Shown: one piece after another, positions 11,501 through 23,530 of the stretch
Layout of the letters: every line of letters starts with the position of its first letter
Numbering within the stretch: the first letter of the stretch is position 1
Source: Octopus bimaculoides
Lineage: Eukaryota
DNA: 64,000 bases
Assembly (NCBI RefSeq): GCF_001194135.2
Contig: NC_068991.1
Span: 52,886,718-52,950,717, forward strand
Direction: 5' to 3'
Translations under genes and position numbers: made by a program
Notes under the pieces: model-generated
Told to the model about the DNA's origin: nothing
The model's database searches: none
What the model saw: only the letters and a program-made list of their open reading frames with translations

Positions 11501-12005
11501 GTAAAATGGGTGCAAGCATACTTGATACTTTAAGTCAAGACATTTTTCCATAATTGAAATTATTCCCTGAAATTATGTCTGCTGAGAAGGTCTAATAAGT
11601 AGGAAACATGTCAGGACTTGTTATTATCATGATAATGAAAAGACTCATAGCCTGTTGCATTCCACAATTGAAATTTGGGAGTTGTTTCTCCTTTTTGCTT
11701 TTTTTTTTAAAAAATAGAATTAGTGTAATGCTTGTTTTCATCACTAATGGTGTTATTTTAATTATTCAAAATTTATTAGTTTACTACATCAAGTATGTTA
11801 GTTGACTAACTTCATCCCAGTATACAACTGATATTTCTTTTATTGACTCAAGAAAGAGAAGCAGAAGGAAATATGGTAAAGTACCTACTTTAACTCAGTC
11901 AGCTCGAATAATGCTTTATTACAATCCTGTAATCATATCTTGGAGACAGATGCTACTTAAAAACAGAAGTGTTTACCAAGTTTTAGAAAAATATGACCCA
12001 TGTCC

Positions 12006-12007
<2 letters not shown>

Positions 12008-12054
<47 letters not shown>

Positions 12055-12057
12055 CAA
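12008..12057. repeat. (AAT)n microsatellite
   Basis: Directly visible. Confidence 0.95.
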
Positions 12058-13491
12058 TGACGAGAAGGAGGAGGACAACGACAACAACAATTGTAATAGG
12101 ATCATTTGAAATATTTGTGTCAAAAGTTGGAATAATTTAACATTGAAATATAGGAGAATTATGGCATAGGATTTACCCAACTAGTTCAAGTAAAGAGTAG
12201 TTATTATAAAATATTCAGATTAAAGTGGATATTTAAGGATGTGAGAGGGAAAAAAATTAGACAGAAGCGTGTAACTGCTAGGTTTAACTGTTATACATGT
12301 TGAGTGACTGCTTGGTTTAAATCTGCTATATATGTTGAGGAATATTTTATGACATTTATTTGATTCTTTCATTTAATTTTAGAATAGAGATAAAACATAT
12401 AAACACAGTTCAATTCCTCCATCAGACACCAAATGCTACATTGACACTGTTTTCATCTAATGTTTCTTATCTGTTAATGCCACAGAAACTGGAGTTAAAC
12501 ACTCCATATTCCATAAAATAAACAGGTAGATAATAAGGAATAAATGTTTAACTCCATGACAATGGTTTTTTATCAGGCAACTAGGTTGCACTGACGGTGA
12601 TCATCTTGGCCAAGATCAGCAATCAACGCATGACAATGGTTCAGCATATATTTATGTTAACTGCTTTAAAGCATGCACTGTTTATTTATGTAAACCATCA
12701 TCACAGGGAAGAATGCTCCTGAGGTATTACTACAGATCACTCAACAGCGTAAAAAGAATTTGCTGCATGTTTATGAATTTGTTGAATGTACAGTCATAGT
12801 GGAAATGGCAGTGTAACGGCCAAAACTGCTGCTTTTATACTGTTATGGTCTCAAACTGAGTTGGAAATATTTACATGAAGAGTTTAACAAACCTATCAGA
12901 TTCCTTGAAATTTGCACAGTGGCCTCTATTATCGATTCTGTGAGTGATAGCAGATATGTCAACCGGTACGCAAACAGGTACAAAACCGCAGCAAATAGGG
13001 CTGCGTATATTTTCATCATCTGATTCAAAGTGAGCACACAGCATATGTAAATTTACATCAACCAATGTTATGAAGTTAAGGAAGGTGTGTTTGTTTGAGT
13101 GACATTTTAAGGAAGCCCCAACCTGCTCTGGCAGGGCCAAGGCTCATAGTGGAATTGATGTAAAATATAAATACCTCCAGGTTTAGGAGTGGTCATTATA
13201 GCCTTGTGCAGATGTGACTTAACTGTATCTTTGGACAGGATGCATTTTATAGCATTCCCATATAGAAGATCTATTTTCTAAAAAGCTAAGAATTTTGTCA
13301 AAATACAAAACAAAATATCATCTGCTGGTCTAATTAGTTACTTGGTCAGTTCATTATTTCATAAAGTCGAGGGGTTAAAACAAGTTTCAATTAGCTTTCA
13401 AACAAATTAAACAACATATAATATAAACAATAAAAAATTCGACAAATAAAGATTGGGTTAAACAGAAAAGGATGCTACTGTACACTATATA

Positions 13492-14160
13492 CGAGTGAAA
13501 GTCAAAAATTATCTGCACTTTTGCTGTAACACATCTTTATTATTGTCACACTGCTTTTTGTGCATGCATGCTTATAGTTGGTACTATTGCGGTTATGTGA
13601 TCGAAGTGTGAACCTAATCGTGCCATTTTTCTTTCTGGCTTTACAATGTTAAGCATGGCCACTCCACAAGCAATATGCACCAGAGAAGAACAAAGAGCAG
13701 TGATCCAAGAGATGGTAATGGTGAACCAGTTCACCATTACCATCTCTCAAGCTTGCTGAATCTTTTCGTCAGTGGTGGAGATTGACAGGCATCCTGCTCC
13801 CTCTTCGTGTGCCATGCTTGAGTAGCCACTTTTAAACTTCTCAATCCACTCATAAACACTTCTACACAGTAGTGCACTGTCCCAGCATTGTACTAAAAGC
13901 CTCCGATGAATTTCAGCACCTGACACACCTTCTGACCAAAGAAATCGAATCAATGCTCTTTGTTCTTCTTTGTTACACATTACTAGTGGAGCAGCCATGC
14001 TTACACTGTAAAGCCAGAAAGAAAAATGGCACAGTCAGGCTCAAACTTCGATCATGTGACCACAATAGTACCAACTATAAGCTCGCATACGCAGAAAGCA
14101 GTGTGACAATAATAAAGATATGTTATGGTGAAAGTGCAGTTAATTTTTAACTTCCCTTCG
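13492..14160. mobile_element. Mariner-derived palindromic element made of two transposon 5' ends joined head-to-head
   Basis: TA flanks at 13490-91 and 14161-62. 13492-13710 is the reverse complement of about 13945-14160. Both arms carry the transposase start (MATPQAICTREEQRAVI on +, MAAPLVMCNKEEQRALIRFLW on -). Confidence 0.88.
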
Positions 14161-14579
14161 TATTTATATATGTAATTATATTTGAACAAATACTCTTTAC
14201 TAATTAAGGGATAGAGAACATTATTTTTCATCTGATAATTCAGGGAATTTATCAAAGCATCCTGTATTATTGGAATAATTATGGTTGTATCATGACATTA
14301 TGTTAACAAAAGAATTCTGAGAATTTGATAAATTTACAAAATTTTATAAAGAGAGAGAGAAAAAAAAAAGACATTTTATTAGCAGTGCTCCATTATGAGA
14401 ATTCATCAAAGTTATTTATTCCAAAGTTCAGAAGGTGCTGCATACCATAGATTTCAGTGTTCTGATAGTTGCCCTTCCTATTTCTGTGGAGCAGGTATGA
14501 AAGATGTAATTGGTCAGGTCAACATAGGCAAACAAATAATGTAACTTGGCTAGGATCACTTATCGGGATAAAGTGACCA

Positions 14580-14800
14580 CATATCATCATCATTTCACAT
14601 CCACTTTCTATGCTGGTATGGGTTGGATGGTTTGACAAGATACAGTGAGCTGTAAAGCCATGTCAAGCTCCAATGTCTGCTTTGGCATGATTTCTAGGGC
14701 TGGATGCCCTTCCTGACATCAATCACTTTACAGAATGTACTGGGTGACTTTTTTTTTTTGTGCCACTAGCACCAGTGAGGTTGCCAGGTAACTTGCAAGA
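14580..14800 (-). mobile_element. Family C RTE-associated repeat
   Basis: CATCATCAT...TTTCTATGCTGGTATGGGTTGGA...GGATGCCCTTCCT, as in the other copies. Confidence 0.75.
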
Positions 14801-15819
14801 GAGAAGGAAATGGAGCTTTATGCTGGACGTCGAAAAGGTAAAGTACAAGTATCTTGCTATAGAGGAGATACCTAGCTAACTCCTACTATATATAGTGGTA
14901 GGTGGGAGTAGTTGAGGAGATAAAGGAAAATACTGATGGAGTGCCAGAGCTAACTCTTAAGGTATAAGAAGGTAAGCATAAGAGTGGTATAGACAGCAGA
15001 TCATGGGAGGGGAAGATGTTTTTATAGATTGTGAAAGGAGAGAGTAACAGATGGTGAAAGACGGGCTTCTATTATAATCCCATTCAGATTTAGGATCCTT
15101 TATAGGAATATAAAACAAACCCCAGTATTTGACTAGTACTTTAGTCAATCTAACACAGAAGCACAAAAAGCAAAGTTAACTTTGATGGGATTTGAACATA
15201 GAATGTAAAGGTCAGTAACTAAATACTACAAGGTCTCACATTCTAACATGTCTGCCAACCCACTATCCCAATATCAAAGCAATTCAATTCAGACGACTAC
15301 ATCACAACTCAAAATGCCAATTAGAGAGAGTATGTAATTTTATGATAGTACTTTGTTGATGAAGTGAAAACATTCTGTTGACCTAATTGACACAAAAGAA
15401 AGCATAAGTACATGTGAATATAACATATCAAAACAAAGCTGCTTTATGTAAACAATGCTGAAGGGTTATGATTCATATCTGTTTCATATATACAACACTA
15501 ATATGATTATTGTGATAAAGGGTTTGAATATTTTTCAAGTATGTAATGGATACATGTTATACTGTTTCAAGTGTGAACAAATACTAAGTAGAGGATGCCA
15601 ATCAAAGCTTTTAGAAAAGTGATATTGTCTCATGACAAAACCTGACAGTTGTCTTTCATGGGTATCAAATGACAATGGATCACAACAGATACTGAAATGG
15701 TTTTAGCTCATGACTGCATGGAAAAACATGGAAATCATGAAAATAGATTTATGCTACTAAAATCCATGATGCCAAGGACAAATTAAAATAAAATTATGAT
15801 GGAGATCCATAGTATTTAA

Positions 15820-16039
15820 TCCTTTAGCATTCAGATTACTCTATCAAATATAATGCTTAATTTATTCATAATGCTTTCAATCAATTATGCTTTATTTCAT
15901 AGCTTTGATTTCAATGATGTAATTGTTTTATTTTTAGAGTAACATTGTAGGGGAGGTGTGAGAAGCAGGATCTGGTTGGTTTCAACATAAAACATATAGA
16001 ATATTTAAGCCGGTATGGTTGGTTTAAATACTAAATGAG
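15820..16039 (+). mobile_element. piggyBac-type MITE (~220 bp, TTAA TSD)
   Basis: TTAA at 15816-19 and 16040-43, with degenerate CCCTTTAGCATT/AATGCTAAAGGG termini. Homologous copies at 25419-25630 and 59177-59395. Confidence 0.7.
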
Positions 16040-16329
16040 TTAAAGCAGTTGTTCTCTAGCATACAATTTGTTTGAAATATAATTATTTGAAGTATTATTC
16101 AATTATGTGTTTCAGCCAAAGACTGAGGTCAAGCTGGTGCACCATATAATTTACTACCTTCTTATGGTTAAATAGTGTAGTTCTTTAAAAGTTTATAGAT
16201 CTAAACAACCTGCAACACCAAAATAGAAATTATGTTTAAAATCTTTCAAAAGATTTTATTCTCCAAGATTCATCATCAAATTACTGATATCCCATATTAG
16301 AAACACTGATTAGATGTCCACCACGTCTT

Positions 16330-16520
16330 ATATTGGCAACATTTAGTTAGTGTCAAAGATGTAACCCTCTCACCTTCAGCTGAGTGAACTGGAGCAACAT
16401 GAAATAAAGTGTCTTGCTCAAGAACCCAACACACAGCCCGGTCTGGGAATCAAACTCACTACCTCATGATTGTGAGCTCAACACTCTAACTACTGAGACA
16501 TGTGCCTTCACATGACCAGG
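16330..16520 (-). mobile_element. tRNA-headed SINE family D, partial
   Basis: CTGGAGCAAC.TGAAAT.AAGTG..TTGCTCAAG...GGGAATC.AAC, as at 29000-29200 and 53705-54066. Confidence 0.6.
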
Positions 16521-17869
16521 CTCTGTGCTGTGTTCCTGAGCAAGACACTTTGTGCCTTGGATGGTAACTTTCTAGGTGCAATCTCATGGTCATTCATGAC
16601 CAAAGGGGGCTTACCCTTTACCTAAACAAGGCAATAACAGTAACCACCACTTTATATATATAAATATATATATGATAGGATTGCTTCAATATTTCAGGGG
16701 TAGTCTGAAGTATCTAAGCAACCAGGGGATAGTTAAATCCAAAGGCACTCCTGGAGATTACTTGTGTGGGTACCATCTTTGTTAGAAGGTATCCAGAGGC
16801 AGGTAATTTAAACCGCAGTTTATAATTATAATTAAGTGGAGAATGGAGAAACAAACACAAGAAGAAAGTCGATTGGGCTAGTTAACCATTGATTTAATTA
16901 TGTGGAGATTATATTATATAATTCTCCACTTAATTATAAATATATATATATATTATATCATCATCATTTAACGTTTGCCTTCCATGCTGGCATGGGTGAT
17001 ACACACACACACACACACACAAATGTATATGCGTGCATGCACAATCAGCTGGAATACTGAGAGATTTAAGATGCTGCAAACATCACAAGTTGGTCAATTA
17101 AATGCAAGTCTTTAATCTGTTCATTCTGAACATAAAGTACAGAAATTCATAGCTGTAACTATGGTTCTGGGATTTTGCAGGAATGTATTGACAATGATTC
17201 AGTTAAATGTGTTTATTTAAACACAACTGAAAATTGCAAACAACATTCATGTTAAACAGCATGCAAACAACATTCATGGCTTACATATAGGCCAAAGGTT
17301 GAGCGCAATGTGAAGAAGGTGCAATTCAACAACCACCACACCTCATGTATGAAACTATTACTGACATATGACACCCAACAAGAGTATTTGCAACTTGTTT
17401 ACAATTAACATTTACTAGTTGGGCGAGATACAACACACTTGTTCTACTGGTTGTCTTACATTCTTTATAATACATGACTTAATTAGTAGAAATGAGGCCA
17501 TAAGTTAGCAGGAGTGGTAGAATTATATAGGAATAAATACCTGATACTATTTAGTTTTATCCCAGTACATCAAGTATAGGTAAAATACATAGCATATCAC
17601 TTAAACATAATCTGACTAAAATTCACCAGTAATTTCATTTTCTCTTTCATTATCATATAATTTATATGAATTTTCTTTTGAAATAATTTCATGATTTATT
17701 CCATGTCATATACTGTACTCTTTGTACTACATATTGTGTTTCAGAATGATATAGGCGTAATCATTGTTTTAATCACATAGTTTGAGTGAGCTTCCAGAGA
17801 AATTACCATAAAAATTAAATTGCATATCTTCAATTCTAATAATTAGTCTATCCTTTTCTATGATTCAGA

Positions 17870-18275
17870 GACATGGAGAAAGATTAAAAAGAAATTGCAG
17901 AAGATACAAACTTGTCTGAGAAGTATTCTTCAAATAAGATAGCCAGATAAGGATAACAAATGAAGGGCTGTGGAAGAAGAGGGGCAAGTGCCAGTGGGGG
18001 AACAAATTCTGAAGAGCAAGAGAAGATGGATAGGTCACTCATTAAGGAAACCAACATCCTACATTATACGTCAAGCCCTGACCTGGAAGCCATAAAAGGA
18101 GTTAGCAGCAGCAGAAGAGAGGGCATCTTAAAAACAGATGAAGGCAGGATACTGAGGCAGTGCTAAAAAAAGAAGGGATCCAACTGGGAAGAAATAGGAA
18201 AGACGGCCCAGAGTCAAGAACAGTAGAGAAAAGTCATCAACAGCCAATGGTCGATAGGGAGAGAAGGGCTTAAAT
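17870..18275 (+). mobile_element. RTE-clade LINE 3' end, degraded
   Basis: Frameshifted peptide CLRSILQIR.PDKI.NEGLW...EQILKSKRRWIGHSLRKPTSYIIRQALTW. Confidence 0.75.
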
Positions 18276-18289
18276 AACATTTTTTGTTT

Positions 18290-18665
18290 TATCTTTCACT
18301 TCTTTTGGTCATCAAATCGCAGCCATGCTGGGGCATCAGCTTGAAGAATTTTTAGGTGACTGAATTGACCCAAGTACTTTTTTTTTAAGCCTAATACTTA
18401 TTCTATCGGTCTCTTTTGCTGAAATGCTAGATTATGGGGGGTATAAACACACCAACACTGGTTGCCAAGTAGTGTTGAGGGACAAACACAAACACACACA
18501 CACACACATATATGATGGGCTTCTTTTGTTTCTGTGAACCAAATCCACTCACAAGGCTTTGGTTGGCCCGAGGCTACAGTAGGAGACACTTACTTAAGGT
18601 ACCATACAGTGGGACTGAACCTGGAATCATGTGGTTAAGAAGTAAATTTCTTACCATGCAACCAT
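18290..18665 (-). mobile_element. SINE family B
   Basis: Near full-length reverse copy, CpG-decayed. Confidence 0.8.
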
Positions 18666-19178
18666 TTTTGTGCCTAGTAGTAAATAATATCGTGTAATGC
18701 CTGCTACAAGCAAGCAGTTGTCTATGCACTACATTCTGATATCAGAGTTTCCTTTTATCTATTTTTCCAGATTTGATAATTATTGGAGAGTATCGGAAAC
18801 AATTCAGTTGAGTATATCCTTCTCCAACAAATCTCATTGTAGGGGACATCAAACTGAAGTGCTGAGTTCCGGTTCTTTCATTTTCCAGTAAATACACATC
18901 ACATACAAAAACAATCTGTTTGTGTTGGAGACCTCTCTTAAATCATAAATTTTAATGTAATGTTTCCATTTTAAATTTCCAGATGGTTCCTTTTCTTCTC
19001 TGCAAGCATAAATATGATACACTTTGGCTATGATGATTAGTTTAGCCATTTAATTATTTAATCATTGCAAAAAATTTTGAATTAAGGTAAATTTTTTTTC
19101 TATTCAAGCAGAGTAGCTAGTTAGAAAATCTCTATAAGAGATGAAAGTAGTAACTATACTGAGAATTAATGTTATTTA

Positions 19179-19723
19179 TCACCACATCAATATGGCTGTT
19201 CCATAGGAATCAACATTATTACTGTTTTGAACTCCAGGAGGTACCTCCTCCAGCTGGTTATTGATGTAATCTGCGTCCGATATATGCTGCAAACAGGGAA
19301 GCAAACCCCTACATCTTCTAGCAGACGACAGGATCACTAGAACATACGGTTTTGGGCTATTTGTGCCCATCCTCAGTAGTGAACACCCATCTGTTAGAGA
19401 TAGCAGTAATTTACTCCAGCTAGCAATATATAGAAAAATAAGCAACAATCAGTCACTGATTTTGCAACATGCAAAGCAGCTAAGTAAGAAAACCTCTAAA
19501 AGAGCAAATTACTGCTATCTCTAGCGGATGGGTGTTCACCACTGAGAATGGACACAAGTAGTGCGAAACCATATGGTCTGGTAACCCCATCAGGGATTCA
19601 CTTCCCCGTTTGCAAAATATATCAGGTGCAGATTGCATTGATAACCAGCTGGAGGAGGCTCCTCTCAGGGTTAAAAACTGCAGTAATGTTGATTTCTACA
19701 GGACAGCCATATTGATGTGGCAA
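19179..19723. mobile_element. Foldback MITE with ~235-bp inverted arms and a probable TA TSD
   Basis: Ends CCACATCAATATGGCTGT / ACAGCCATATTGATGTGG. Internal arms pair (CTCCTCCAGCTGGTTAT with ATAACCAGCTGGAGGAG; GTGAACACCCATC with GATGGGTGTTCAC). Confidence 0.85.
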
Positions 19724-19785
19724 TAATCATTACTTTTTTCTATTCATTTTTGTAATATCACAGACAGAGCTAAGATTAAACTTAC

Positions 19786-19870
19786 AATTTCTAACAGTCA
19801 TATTCGATGGAAAGGCATCTTCAGCAAGATATCCCCATTTTGTTAGATCATTTCTGGCTTCTGTTAAAAT
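19786..19870 (-). CDS. CCDC134: CCDC134 coding exon 3: ILTEARNDLTKWGYLAEDAFPSNMTVRN
   Basis: Acceptor TTTTTATCATTTAAG, donor T|GTAAGT, 85 nt, phase 0-1. Aligns with human [28 protein letters not shown]. Confidence 0.92.
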
Positions 19871-20049
19871 CTTAAATGATAAAAATACAGAAATACTGTT
19901 AATGCACAACTCAAATGTTACCAAATTATATAAAATTACCTAACACTTCTCTTATCATCATCATCATTATCACCATAATTTTTTAACATCCACTTATTCT
20001 ATGCTAACATGGATTGGATGGAATATAAATATCTGTTACCGGCAACAAT

Positions 20050-20700
20050 TTTAACTTGACAATCAGTATAAAGAAGACCAAAGTAGTGCACCAGCCAGTT
20101 CCAGGATGCACTAAACCCAACATCTTCATCAACTGACAACAAGTGAATGCAGCAGACAAGATCACTTACTCAGCAAGAATGTGTGAAACAGGAGAGGTAT
20201 CAATCCTAAGAGTGTACTGAAGCATGATTCTCACCAACAGCTCAATGGTTGCGAAGACAATCTTCCACTGATTTACAAGGAAGTTAAAATACTTCCATGC
20301 CACAGACCTCAAACAGGAGGATGGTATTTTTGACATAGAAGTACTTTTTCATTCTTGATTACCCAGCATTCACAAAATCCTGATGCAATCACAGCTGCAT
20401 TGAGCAGATAACATAGTCCTTATGTCATGTCAGCTTCTAAAGAAACTGTTTAAGGGCAATCTCTAGAATGATAAATGCTCCCAAGGAGGCCAGAAAAGGT
20501 GCTACAAAGACACATTGAAAGCCTCACTGAAGGCCTTCAACATATAAAGAATGGGAGCAAACAGTATTGGATAGAAGAGAATGGTGTGCAGCAGTCAGCA
20601 AACGCTTTGAGATTTGAAAGGCTAATTGAGTGACTGTTGTCAAGCAACACAGACAGACCAGAAAAAATAACCCCATTAGTCTGTGCATTCACAAGTCTGT
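20050..20700 (+). mobile_element. RTE (BovB-like) LINE 3' fragment
   Basis: LTISIKKTKVVHQP...LPSIHKILMQSQL...GGQKRCYKDTLKASLKAFNI motifs, with stops and frameshifts. Confidence 0.75.
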
Positions 20701-21024
20701 ATCCCTTGGTGCAGAAGTGTCTCAGTGAGATGACAAGTGATATCTTGCAAGATAAATCCTGTTTTGCTCAGTTTCTAATACAGCATGTTGTTAGTGACTA
20801 TAGGTTTTAGCCCTTAAGCAGGAATGGCAAATGGCAGATTTCATTGCAAGGTTAGAAACAGTTGTCTACATATATTTAATACTTGATGAGACTCTTCTGC
20901 ACCAAGTGATGCACCACAACCAGTTGTACAGTATCTCATCCATGTGGGTCAATGCAAGATGGGTTGAAACAATTGTTATGAGCAATAAAGTTTCTTGTAT
21001 ATTCCATTTTCCATCTCTATCATT

Positions 21025-21056
<32 letters not shown>

Positions 21057-21460
21057 NNNNNNNNNNNNNNNNNNNNNNNNNNNNNNNNNNNNNNNNNNNN
21101 NNNNNNNNNNNNNNNNNNNNNNNNNNNNNNNNNNNNNNNNNNNNNNNNNNNNNNNNNNNNNNNNNNNNNNNNNNNNNNNNNNNNNNNNNNNNNNNNNNNN
21201 NNNNNNNNNNNNNNNNNNNNNNNNNNNNNNNNNNNNNNNNNNNNNNNNNNNNNNNNNNNNNNNNNNNNNNNNNNNNNNNNNNNNNNNNNNNNNNNNNNNN
21301 NNNNNNNNNNNNNNNNNNNNNNNNNNNNNNNNNNNNNNNNNNNNNNNNNNNNNNNNNNNNNNNNNNNNNNNNNNNNNNNNNNNNNNNNNNNNNNNNNNNN
21401 NNNNNNNNNNNNNNNNNNNNNNNNNNNNNNNNNNNNNNNNNNNNNNNNNNNNNNNNNNNN
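21057..21460. other. Assembly gap (N run). Other gaps: 26094-26216, 40519-41062, 43573-43614, 45099-46074, 47282-47799, 53149-53241, 61488-61799
   Basis: N characters, most flanked by (TA)n or (GT)n tracts. Confidence 1.
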
Positions 21461-21479
21461 TTGTAAAGTTGAATATATA

Positions 21480-23530
21480 TATATCTATATATATATAATG
21501 AACAAGCAAGAAAAAACAACAACGCGAGGACGTGGAATAAGTACAGTGTTATTGGATGCTCAGGAAAGGAAAGAAATGAAAGAGGATTTCACATTTCGAG
21601 CGGAGCTCTTCATCAGAAATATAGAAAAAGTCCAAAGAAGGGAAGACGAAGAAAATCGCCAACAATACACACGCAGTCACATATTGAAATGACCGGAAGG
21701 GAATGGGTGAAGAAAAAGTTCTAAGACAGGAGGGTGCAAGAGGAGGTATGTGTGGGTATGTGCGTGCACGCAGGTCTGTGTGGGTATGTGCGTGCACGCA
21801 GGTCTGTGTGTGTGTGTGTGTATATATAGGTGTGGTGTGTGTATATAGGTGTGTGTGTCTGTGTGTGTGTAGGGTTGTGTGGGTTAGGTATCTGTGCATT
21901 CCTGTGTGTGCGTTCGTGTACGTGTGTGTGCACATGGGTGTATGCGGGTGGGTGTGTATGTATGTGTATGCATATGTGTGTGAACGTGTACATGTGCATG
22001 TGTGTATGTGTATGGAAGTATGTGTGTGTATATGTGCATGTATATGTGTATGTGTGCATGGGTGCGTGTATTTTTTCATGTGTGTGGATATGTGTGCATG
22101 TGTGCGTGTATATAGAAATAAAAATTATAATAAATTAAGGTTGAAAGAGGATAAAGAAGTTAATACAATACAAAATAGCGCAATTAAAAACAAAAAGTGA
22201 GAAATGAAATAAGGTTGCTTTGTTGCAGGAGGTGTAGAGGCAGACAATAGGAGGAGGGGGTTGTGTTTAGTCCGAAGAGGATAGTTGTTTGTAGATTAAA
22301 AATATAACGCTGTTCCAGGCGGAGCTGTGTGTTGATCTGTGGTGTAGAGCAAGGCCAAAGACAGAGATGTAAGAGGGGGAGTGGTTGGCCAAGCAGAAGT
22401 GACAGGCGATGGGGTGTTTGAACGTAGCCAAACATCCCTTAGATGTTCGGTGAACCGGTCGGCCAGTTGGCAGCCCATCTGACCTATGTATAGTTTACCA
22501 GAGAGGCTGCATCTAATATAGTATATGAAGCTAGAAGAGGTGCAAGGGAAGGAATTTGTGATACAAAGAGTGTGCTGATTGGAACCAGTGAGAGAAGTAG
22601 TGTTGGCGATGAAGAGGCAGGTGTGACAGTGGGATCTGGAGCATGGGAAGGATCCGGGTGGGGCTGGGGGGAAGAGAAGGTGCTATGGATCAGAAGATTG
22701 CATAGGTTCCAGGTGCATTTAAAGGAGGACAAGAGTGGGTTGGAGAAAATGGGGTGGGTGGTGGGATCGAGCTGGAGACAAAGGAAAGCCCGTAGGCTCC
22801 TCTGACGAAGGAGTAGGGTGGAGGGGTAGAAAAGGAGGGGAAAGGGGGTGTGGAGAAGGAGAGAGGGCGGTGGTGTGATAGATTTGACAAGCACAGACAA
22901 GGGCGGTTTGGACAAGGGTTGATGGGTATCCTCAATGCATGAACAGGTGGGCAAGGTACTGGGACTAAGTTTCAAAATCCTGGTCCTGGTTGCACAAGCG
23001 TCGGAGGCAGAGGAACTGGGAGTAGGGGATGGCCTGTTTAGTGTGGAAGGGATGGGAGGAGGAGGAGTTGAGGTAAAGGTTGGAATCTATGGGTTTGAAG
23101 AAGGTGGAGGCAGTGAGAGAGTGGGAGGTGTGGTCAATGGTAAGAGTGATATCAAGGAAGTTAACCGAGGTGTTAGAGATAGTAGAAGTGAATTGGAGAG
23201 AAGAGTGGACGTTAGAGAGGAAAGTGATGAAGTGGCAGAGTTGTTCACGGGAGAGGGCGGTGGCACCTATACAGTCATCTATGTAGCTCTGGGGTCGGCC
23301 CGGATAATTGGGAAAATACTTGGGCCTCAATGTGACCAACAAAGAGGTTGGTGAAATTGGGGCCCATTCTCGTTCCCATCACGACCCCAGACACTGTTGG
23401 TAGGTTTCCCCGGCAAACTTAAAGCAGTTGAGAGTGAGGATGAGCTCTGCCAAGCGAAGAAGGGTGGAGGTGCTGGGTGTGGGGTCAGGGAGACGGTCAA
23501 GGAAGTATTGGAGGGCTAAGAGACCATTGT
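21480..23530 (-). mobile_element. Penelope-like retroelement (RT plus GIY-YIG) with a hammerhead-bearing terminal repeat, 5'-truncated
   Basis: LRLAELILTLNCF...GVVMGTRMGPNFTNLF, YIDD, FLD and KPIDSNLYLNSSSSHPFHTKQAIPYSQFLCLRRLC; endonuclease YIGQMGCQLADRFTEHLRDV and EQRYIFNLQT...GLN. An AC-rich tail and terminal unit lie at 21480-22190. Confidence 0.9.
21587..21620 (-). ncRNA. Minimal hammerhead ribozyme motif with G at the cleavage position (probably inactive)
   Basis: ATTT-CTGATGA-A-GAGC-TCC-GCTC-GAAA-TGTG-AAAT. Confidence 0.75.

Noticed and set aside
12843-13140. ORFs of 64-89 aa in non-repetitive intron DNA
   Set aside because: No recognisable domain and no supporting splice signals.
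18740-19000. Non-repetitive open frames in CCDC134 intron 3 (REEKEPSGNLKWKHY; LENERTGTQHFSLMSPTMRF)
   Set aside because: They are short and in different frames, with no recognisable homology and no consistent splice sites.
19861-19862. Alternative acceptor TTTTAACAG 10 nt inside CCDC134 exon 3
   Set aside because: It is phase-incompatible with exon 2; only the 19870 acceptor keeps the frame and the alignment.
20831-21692. Long ORFs spanning N runs (also 26032-26298, 40485-41069, 44987-46307, 46970-47888, 53026-53345, 61337-61867)
   Set aside because: These are open only because N codons contain no stops; the flanks are (TA)n or (GT)n microsatellites.
21549-22200. His/Thr-rich and Cys/Val-rich ORFs (also 24111-24425, 36368-36690, 42717-43092)
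   Set aside because: They are translations of (AC)n/(GT)n compound microsatellites, not proteins.
22796-22818. CTCCT-CTGACGA-AGGAG hammerhead-like core
   Set aside because: There is no downstream GAAA with stem III; it is the antisense of Penelope coding sequence (LLLRQRS).
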